A DNA stretch of 64,000 nucleotides. It comes from Lobosporangium transversale (lineage: Eukaryota). Position numbers and translations under genes: made by a program. Location of the stretch: assembly GCF_002105155.1 (NCBI RefSeq), contig NW_019028990.1:744001-808000 (forward strand). The letters run 5' to 3'. The notes below the pieces were generated by a model. It saw only the letters and a program-made list of their open reading frames with translations, ran no database searches and had not been told where the DNA came from. Positions 55,000 to 64,000 of the stretch are shown piece by piece (within the stretch, counting starts at the first letter, position 1; each line of letters opens with the position of its first letter).

Positions 55000-55017
55000 T
55001 CTTGCATTGATGGGAAT
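55000..55017. repeat. Right target-site duplication of the SINE (TCTTGCATTGATGGGAAT)
   Basis: Identical to 54778-54795. Confidence 0.92.
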
Positions 55018-56569
55018 GGATACATGTATGTTTGTGTTGTCCACGTGATATAAACGTAAAGAATACACTTAGGGCCCGGAGGGCCAAGCTTGTCGCTCTT
55101 TTTGGTTGGACCTTTTCAAATATAAATGGTTTACTTAACAAATTCTTGTAATTGAAAAGACTAAACAAAAAAAGCGGCAAGCTTCTTCTGGTAGGCACGT
55201 GCTGACCTCACAACCAGACTTGAAGTCTGGCAAGTGCTTTGTAATTTTAAATGAGTATCAAGCATTCAAGAAAAAACATCATTATGCAATGGATACTTCT
55301 TCAAAGCTCCCACACCTTCAGGAGGTATTCAGTTTTTGATGGGGAATCTGAATCGTGCTTTATATCGGGAAATTATATAGGGACTTGTCATTCTTTGTTT
55401 GAAAGTTGCGAGGTCTTAGAAAAATGGTGTTTGAGATGTACTTCTGATTTTAGACTCATGAGCCATCTCTTGAAGAGCCCTGAAGCCATGCTGGATTGCG
55501 CCTACCTGTTCTTTATAGTGTTCCTTGCATTTGCGGGCCCCTAGCTCTATGTTAGGGCGTGCAGTATTTGGTTTAGTTCAGTGTAAAAGGCAGAAAATGA
55601 CGAAAAGATTTGCAACGTAACTTTTCACCCTCATTCCTCCTCCATTCTTGGCTATATTAGCCTTAAACTGTCTCTATTTGTAGCTAGGAGCCTGTTCTTC
55701 CAGCAACCATAATTACCGAGGTATATTTATCGAAAGACTAACACGTTAAGGACGACTGTTCTGTCCCTCGATGGCTGATTGATTGGCTACTGGATCAGGA
55801 CAGACAAAAAAAACACTCGCTGAAGCTTAATTTCTGATCATTCTAGCGATATACCTTTTTTTTATTCAACGAAGATTATGTTATTTCATCTTGTAAACTA
55901 TTAGAGCCTATTCATATTTTATATTTGTCTAGAAATTACTTATTCGCCGTTGTCTCTGATGTTTATTACAAAGTTTGAGTCCTGGTAGCACTTACTTTCT
56001 TTGTCTTCACTATCATTATCATCGCTAAATCTGGTTCTATCTAAACCACTACCAAGCTCAGCTAGATGACGGCCTCTTGAGATAGTTCGTAAGTCTCTGA
56101 TACTAAGTGCACTATCGCTGCCACCGATAAAAAATGAAAAATAAAAAATAAAAAATAAATAAAGCTCACCAGAATCTCTGCAATGTCCGAGATCATTCCT
56201 ACAGGTTTCCCATCAAGAGCGCCAGATGAAGATAGTAGGTTTCTGCAGGAATACTCATTATGAATAGGAGCCGCTGCTTGTAGCAAAGTGAGGTTGATGT
56301 GTGGATGTGTGCTATGAGTAAATAATCGCGCTTTAATCAACGCGCGCGATCGGAAATAATGCGTTTAAAATTTCTATCGCATTTATTGCATTTCACTTGG
56401 GGTAACATTAGGGAATTCAGTGTATAGTCCGAGTCATTTGGTCGCGATCCCTTATATCTTTTGAATACTCTTAAGTGCATTGGCAGCCAATTGACTCGCT
56501 TATTATTGCAAGTCCATCACGTAGTGAGATACCACCAAACTTGAGTTGAACCGAGTTATATCTTTGTCT

Positions 56570-57090
56570 TGTGACTGTAGGGATACTTTGTCTCGACATC
56601 CATGAACCATGCGATCTCCTCCAATATCACAAAAGAGAGCCTGTATCAAGACCCCTTTTGTTCCCTGTATACATTCAAACATTGCGACCTTGGAAGGATT
56701 GTCGAGAGGCGGAATACGCTCCAGCAGCTGCTTGGCATCTTCATTCGCCCAGAGGATGTCAATTAGGGCGTGTTCAGACAGATACACAAAACGGGGTGAC
56801 CTGGTGGCAGAACCACAAAAAGATAATTTTCAGATGAAGGTGGAGGGGAAATTGAGGGTTCAAGACCAGCGAAAGAACCGATGTTGAACCCGAGGGAAGG
56901 TGGTGGTGGTGGTGGCGGTGAAGGTAGTGGTGGAAGCGGCACTGGTGGAATCAGAAAAAGGAAATTTTCAGATGAAGGAGGCGGAGGAGAAGTAGAGGGA
57001 TCAAGACCACCGAGAAGGATCTTTGCTGGGTCCAGGAGGAGAAGAAGAGACAAGCCGGCAGCAACAATAGGATTTAATCTACAAATATGA
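56570..57090 (+). pseudogene. Stop-interrupted coding remnant ending in a Gly-rich, internally duplicated segment
   Basis: The frame of ORF 56881-57090 extends upstream through several stops (RRNTLQQLLGIFIRPEDVN*GVF...*FSDEGGGEIEGSRP). FSDEGGG(G)E[I/V]EGSRP occurs twice. Confidence 0.35.
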
Positions 57091-57541
57091 CTAGGTCCAG
57101 GAAGGTGTTCGTCTTCAAAAAGTTGTAAGTTTGGCAACCCTTTTTTTTCTTCTTGGTTAATTTATTTATTCCTTTGGGTAATACATTTCTTGTTCTTTTT
57201 ACAATTAGATGGAATGTCCCGTATTTTAATGGAACAAACTATACACAGCAACCATTTTCAGTGCACAATGCGCTGCTCATCTCCACGCGATAAAGAACAT
57301 GCCATCATTCTGTGAGCTTAATGAAAAATAAAAAGAAAACTATAAAATACTTTGTAATTTATACATGCACATGTAGCTCATTTATGGAGTATAAAGGTTC
57401 ATGTAAAGACCGCTACACGTTTGATTCGTCGATACTGAGACAGAAGAGGCGCTGATGTTCGATCCAGGAAATGAACAGACCGTGCTTTTTAATCCTGACA
57501 GGTTTATCATCAAATCGCAAAACAATTAATACCATAGGGCT

Positions 57542-57576
<35 letters not shown>

Positions 57577-58136
57577 CTCAGTAACCACTTTCAGAGCCGA
57601 TTGCCCATTGCACCAAATTAAGGATGTAAGAATATTGCCGTTCCGTCTCTCTCTTTTCTTTTTTTTTTTTTTTTTTTGTTTCTTTTGTGCAAAGTATGAA
57701 AGTGTATATGAAGGCGTGTATGTAACAGTAAGAGTAATAAACCAAAACCAAAAAGTGGAATCTTGTTCTTCTCCTCTTTTGTCGTTTGTTGTCTTTTGCC
57801 TTTGAACCTCTGGAGTCTGTTTTGTAAAGGCTCTGAAGATCGAATAGATGCTGTTAAACCGTTAGTTTTTATTTTGTGCTGTTTATTGTGGGTGTGCAAC
57901 TCTCTTTTTCTTTTCCTTCTGTCCTTTTTTTTTTTTTTTTTTTTTTTTTCTTTCCTTTCTTTTCTCATCATTTCCAAGTTGCATTTACTTTACGATAATC
58001 CTCCTTCTCTTCCGCTTGTTCTCTCTCTTTCTATTTGGATATTCATTTATCTTCCTTCATCTCATCCCCACTACTGATGTCCCATTGCCTCTATTGCAAT
58101 TACACCCATTGCTCTGTTTAGTTTATTTAGTCTTCC

Positions 58137-58167
<31 letters not shown>

Positions 58168-58267
58168 GATATATATTATATTTTAGTTTTTCTTTTTACA
58201 CTTCAACTGCAACTACAACCATTCATCAGGAGTCACCACATACTTGACATTCATTCATTGAGCAAAT

Positions 58268-61200
58268 ATGGTCTCAGAGAGTCTTGACATCCAAGTCCTT
58301 GTCCGGGCTCTTTACGACTATGACTCGGAAGACACAACAAACTTGACTTTCAAAAAGGACGATGTGATTCAGGTCTTGGCTCAATTGGAGTCGGGCTGGT
58401 GGGCTGGTTACTGTCAGGGACGTCAGGGCTGGTTCCCTTCTAACTATGTTGAAATCTTGAATGAAGACGACCTCGATAGTCAGGACGAAGACGAAGAAGA
58501 TTATGTTGAAGAGGACGACCTTGATGTAAGTTCATATCTTAATGCTAGAACTTTGTCCATGGAGCCTAGATTGATTTAAACCCTGCCTTCGTTCTCTTCT
58601 TACTCTTCACTTATCTACTATCATCTTCATCAAAGCAATAATGGACATTGATGATACCGATCGTACAACTTGTTTTTATTAACCCAGCAATATTATCTTA
58701 TATTCATATGAATAGAGTGCCGATGACTTATGGCTACCGCAGACAACGCCTGATGGTCAAGTCTTTTATTACAATCAACGGACGCAAGAGTCAAGCTGGA
58801 CTATTCCAGAACCAGAGGATCAAACTAACACGGAGGCTACAGCTACCAGCGAGAAAGATAGCTCAGGCAAGTACATTAGATTGTCTAAATTATATAAGAC
58901 GTCAATTGAATAGCAACTTCATTGTTATCTCGGTCGTGAAGGCATATCGACTTCTAATATCTAATATTCACAGAGTGTACATGTTACATGGATTTGACGT
59001 TGAACTTTTCAGTGGAATTGACTGAATATGAACATGGTTGCAACCTCGAGAAGCACAGCAAGTTACAGGGGCGATCAACTCTCTCCCTCCCCCTTATTTT
59101 TTCCCTTTTACCTGTCTGCACTTATCAACCTTTCTTTCTTTTTTTTTTTTTTTTTTTTTTGGTTCCTTATTGGTCTCCGAATATTTATGTACTGAACTGA
59201 ACGGACTGATCGCTGTAATTTTTGGCTAATTTTGTTCCCTTTTGTTCGTACATTTTTTAATGTAAAATAGCCAAAGCTGGATGGTCCGCGCGCGCATCAG
59301 CATCAAACGGGAATGGCTGGTATAATTCTGAGGCAGAAGAAGAGGAACAGGAGGCGACGCAGGATGCACAGGAAGGCCAAGAAGGCCAGGAAGGCCAGGA
59401 AGAGGACGGTCTGTCAGTGTCTTCTAGTAATCACCATAATGCACATTCTAATAAGGTAATATTCATCACATTCTATTCCCACAATTTGAGAGTGGTGCGG
59501 ATGGGTAAATTTAAAATAACAACCTTGTTCTGGTGTTACGCACTTGACCAACAATAACGTGCACCGACGCCCGATTGGCATCGTATACTCTATCCCATCA
59601 ATCAGACGCGTCATGTCTTTCTTATTAGTTTGTACCCCACATTTACTTTACAGGAAATGAATGATTGGAGATCTCAATCCATGCTGTAATCTTATTAATA
59701 TTATGCATTTATATTTAAATTTACAGGATGAAGCTGATCCAGCACAAACGTTAGCAGCTGTCAGGAAACCGTCAGGATTAGCCCCAGCACCCCAGGAATC
59801 AGTTGAAGGTTTACCCCCATTGCCATTACTGCCCAATCCCTTTGATCCCGAACCTACTTGGAATTCCCTTTCAGAACACACTGCGGCTGCTGTCCAAAAC
59901 CTGATTTCGTCTGCTGAAAACGGTTATAAACCTTATTATCTTATACAATCATCGATTGTCGTTGAGGCTATCCGTGTCATGCTCTATGCTTCAGGCACGG
60001 TTGACAAAGATGCAGCAGTGATGCGTCAGCACAGGAGCCTCAAAATGCATCATCGTCAGATCATGGCGGCTCTTTCGAAACTAGTTCTGTCTGCAAAGAT
60101 GGCATCTGGCGTTTGGCCTGCGTCTGATGCTGTCGCCAAATTGTTAACAGACGCACGTGAAGTAGGTACTGCAGCTCAGAATTATGTTGCAACAGCTGTA
60201 GCAGCCAATATCACTGTTCATCAGGTGGATGCTCGTCTCATTACAAACGTCAGGAGCCCTCATAAGGATCAGACAGATGGCCGCTCGCTTGAAAGAGGAC
60301 TCTCGAACGGATCTCAAAAGATCGAACATGGGCTTGGTGATCGCAAAGTTTTTGGATCACAGATGAGTACTCAGAGTATTCTTAGTCAACTGGATTATTA
60401 TTCCAAAAGCGCCTCAAAGGCTGTTTCAGTCCTGGCGATGCAGATCGAGAAGCTCATTGATAATCCAATGCCAGCCATGCGAAACAATGGTATGAATGGT
60501 ATCTCATCATCTAATCCTGTCATGAACTCATCCCAGTCAGCCCAACTGGTATCACAGGCAAGACAAACTGTCTCCCAATTGGGTTCACTCCTCACCTTGG
60601 TTACAGACTTTAGTGCTACCACCCTGGCAGAGCAACCTGGCATTCCAGAGCGATATTTTTTGGATGTCAAAAATGCGAAACAGGCCTTGCATGGAAGCAC
60701 CGCTTCGTTAGTTATGGCTATCCAGTCAGCGACTGACCTCTTGGCCGTCGGACAAACCTTGGATCTGGCCTTAAGCACGGCTGTCTCCACTGAACAGGCC
60801 GCACAAAGTCTTGCACAAGCTGCACGTGTGTTGAGCCAAGAAAAGGAGATGGCCGAAGCAAGTGCTCCATACATGCGCACTTCTAACGACCCTTATAGCG
60901 CTGTACGGATGCCATCTGCGGCTCCACCAGCCGATGGCTCCTATAACTATGATCATGATTCTGACATCGAACCTGATAGAGGCGCTGCGCGTGGGCAGGC
61001 AGATCCGTCTGCTCAACGTAACCGAGTTGCTTCGCAACCTTCCGTTATCTCTAATACATCTGGACAGCAAACTTTGGTTGGAACGGATTATTCATCGAAA
61101 ACTGCATCGAACGGTTATCCCTTCTCCACAACAGATCCAGAAGGCGGTGATTCAACCTACGCTAACAGCAGTGTCCCTGGCCGGTATGAGAGTCGTGATA

Positions 61201-62833
61201 AAGTGAAAAAAGTCCTAGGAGACGGCGCACCAACACGACCTTCTGCTCAGGCTTGGTACTTGAATTATGATTACAAGAGGGACGATCTCATTTTGAACGC
61301 AGAGGGACAGGTCAAAGGAGGAACCCTGCCTGCGCTGATTGAACGCTTGACGCTACATGATGGGCTTGATCCCAATTTTATTGCTACATTCTTGTTATCA
61401 TATCGCTCTTTCACCACTACCAAGGACCTATTTTCGCACCTCTTCCAGCGCTTTACAATTCATCCTCCACCCGAATTGGATTCTGAAGAGCTTGAGATTT
61501 GGACTGAAAAGAAGCTAACACCTATCCGTCTACGAGTTTTTAACATCATCAAATCATGGCTCGAAAATTATTATTTGGAGGATGAAGTTGATGACAAAGA
61601 GGCTTTAGGGATGATTAAAGAGTTTTCAGGGTCGACAGCAATGAAGGATACAATGAGCTTTGCGGCTGTTCAGCTCATTAAGTTGGTTGAAAAGCGAGAG
61701 CAGTCCGAAGGAACTTTCCGCAAGATGGTACTCAATTTGACGACACAAGCGCCACAGCCTATCACGCCGCGCAACCTCAAAAAGATCAAGTTCTTGGAAT
61801 TGGACCCACTAGAGTTTGCTCGTCAATTGACTATTATGGAAGCAGCGGTTTATAACAAGATTCGTCCGGTTGAATGTTTGGCCAAAGCATGGACTAGCGA
61901 GGATCCTGAAGTGGCGGCCAAAGCTGTAAACATCAAAAAGATAATTGAAACCAGCAACTTGTTTTCCAATTGGGTCAACGAATTGGTCCTTAGTGAAAAG
62001 GAAATTAAGAAGCGTGTCTTGGTGATCCGTCATTTGGTTTTGATTGCTGAAGTAAGTAATAAGAAAAACTACTATATTACTAAAGCCCATCTTTGTATGT
62101 TCAATTTGTTTAATATTCTTTGAATGTCCTCCAAAGACTAATTATAATGTATTTTTTATATGTGCATCTTTTTTTTTATAGAGATTGCGCCAACTCAATA
62201 ATTTCAGCATGCTATCAGCAACAATGGCTGCACTGGCGCTTTCGCCCATCCACCGTTTGAAACGAACTTGGGAACAAGTGCCTGCAAGGACGATGACATC
62301 TTTCCAAGAATTGCAAAATTTGATGAGCGTGGCTAAAAATTGGGCTGATTACCGTGAGGAATTGCACTCAGTCAACCCACCTTGTGTGCCATTTGTGGGC
62401 ATGTACTTGACAGATCTGGTTATGATTCAAGATGGTAACCAAGACTATTTAAAGAAATCAAATCATCTCATCAATTTTTACAAGCGTGTCAAGACTGCAG
62501 AAGTAATTCGTGAGATTCAGCAATATCAATCCGTGCCTTATTGCCTCACGCCTGTGCCAGAGATTCAGGCATTCATTCGTCGTGGCATGGATGGCACAAA
62601 GTCTGTGGCGGATCTCTATGATATGAGTCTTGCACTGGAGCCTCGGTAATTCTTTTTTTTATAGTCTCACATGCAAATGACCCGTGGCAATTAAATTTCA
62701 TCATTTTTTTATTTTTGTTGTAATGCGAATTATACTAATGAATTCATGTTTTTTATGTGTCTTCATGGGAGCTTGTAGAGAACGTGGAGACGAGAAGATT
62801 GCACGCATGTTGACAGAATCAGGAATGCTGTAG
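58268..62833 (+). CDS. CDC25: Cdc25-like Ras GEF paralog B (SH3-WW-REM-RasGEF); exons 58268-58525, 58716-58866, 59271-59455, 59727-62051, 62182-62645, 62779-62833
   Basis: Same domain order and motifs as paralog A: VRALYDY...GWFPSNYV, LWLPQTTPDGQVFYYN, GGTLPALIERLT, PPCVPFVGMYLTDL. Confidence 0.93.
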
Positions 62834-63122
62834 AATATTAAACGTTAATAAAAGTTCTGAAATGGCGCAGTCGGCGAGCACGTGCGTAGTATGCACTTTT
62901 TTAATGGATTGCTCTCATCGTTTCCATTCTTTTTACCCATAGGTCTAATGCCACAATTCTTTTTTTATTCCTCATTTAAGAACATACATCTCTTACTTCG
63001 TCTCATTTCTCCTCCCTTTGCGAGGCTTTTTAAAGTGTTCTTTCCATTCTTCTCCTTTTTCGTCTAGCGTTACAAAAGTGACGCAGCCATTTCTTTGATC
63101 CATTCGGGGACAAACACATTCC

Positions 63123-64000
63123 ATGCCTTGCTGGCCATGGGATCCACCTCCTGCGCAGTCAGGAGTCATCTCAACGCAACTCACTCCCGCCAGCACGCCT
63201 TGCAGCAATGCCACAGATTCTGCTGAAGCCGATGTAGGCACTGGCTATAATGACCACAACCACAGCATTACCTCATACCATGATGCTACTGTGCTAGAAC
63301 AGACTATCCTTGGCAAGAGAAGTGGCGATAGTAACAATGCCAGTCACGCTCTTGATAGCTATACTATCAATCGCCATACCTCAGGGGCAACCGCTTTTTC
63401 TTTAGGAGACATGGACACCGTTTTAACATTTTTGGACCTTGAAAAGGCATCCATTTCTACAGCAGCCACTGCACTAACACTAGATTCAAACAGCTCGATA
63501 CCCTTTCCAACTACCATGGCAACAGCCCCTCACAGTTCAAACATGGATGTGTTGACTAGTGTTAATACTCTACTCCCAAGAGATGCCATCTCTGAACACT
63601 TGGTTGCCAGCAGCAATGGCAGCGGTACTGATTTCGGTGACTTCTCAAGGGTTCTACGATATTTGCAAGCACATAGATTGACACCAATCCGTTTAAATTC
63701 TATCGGCAAACCGCATATTACAGGCATTAGTCATTGGAATGATGATACAGTGCCGAGTAAGCTAGCAAACCATCCAATATTATCTAATTTTGAAGATAAC
63801 CTGTCCTTGTTCAATCCCACGATTATTAAGAACTCGAGTTCAGATGAGGCTCAAAATGCCCTTCTGAATGAAGACAGTCATAATGATTTGATGGCGGACA
63901 ATAAGAGGTCTTGCCAACAAATATCTCAACAACAACAACAACAGCAACAACAACGGCATAGCAAGAAGAAGCTAATGGTGCGCAAAACCCTTCCTATCGA
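63123..64000 (+). CDS. Partial ORF of unknown function (Ser/Thr-rich, polyQ), runs off the window end
   Basis: ATG 63123 preceded by an in-frame TGA; open for about 292 codons to the window end (MPCWPWDPPP...QQQQQQQQRHSKKKLMVRK). No recognisable domain. Confidence 0.6.
   Translation, partial: MPCWPWDPPPAQSGVISTQLTPASTPCSNATDSAEADVGTGYNDHNHSITSYHDATVLEQTILGKRSGDSNNASHALDSYTINRHTSGATAFSLGDMDTVLTFLDLEKASISTAATALTLDSNSSIPFPTTMATAPHSSNMDVLTSVNTLLPRDAISEHLVASSNGSGTDFGDFSRVLRYLQAHRLTPIRLNSIGKPHITGISHWNDDTVPSKLANHPILSNFEDNLSLFNPTIIKNSSSDEAQNALLNEDSHNDLMADNKRSCQQISQQQQQQQQQRHSKKKLMVRKTLPI

Overview
Intron-rich eukaryotic DNA with many 20-50 nt poly(A)/poly(T) tracts. Gene content and intron style suggest an early-diverging fungus (Mucoromycota/Mortierellaceae-like; inference). 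I can support about 18 protein-coding genes: RFWD3-like WD40 (partial), UGP1, HemW/RSAD1, MON1, SPT5, a GPI-anchored 8-Cys protein, MRX11/FLILHELTA, MFSD5, a CaM kinase, two head-to-head SH3-WW-RasGEF (Cdc25-like) paralogs, an F-box/degenerate-Sec7 protein, a TEA transcription factor, a PPR protein, ATM1, a Raf1/DIM-9-like DCAF, adenosine kinase and an orphan partial ORF. Most notable: (1) a ~204-bp tRNA-derived SINE with a perfect 18-bp target-site duplication at 54778-55017; (2) a fungal TEA factor with an animal TEAD-type YAP-binding domain; (3) an FBXO8-like F-box plus catalytically degenerate Sec7 protein; (4) splicing oddities, namely 8-12 nt microexons inside conserved motifs, poly(A) tracts just upstream of 3' splice sites, frequent AAG acceptors and a GT-to-GC donor switch between paralogs. 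Family assignments are from recalled motifs and splice sites were placed by eye; no database searches were run.
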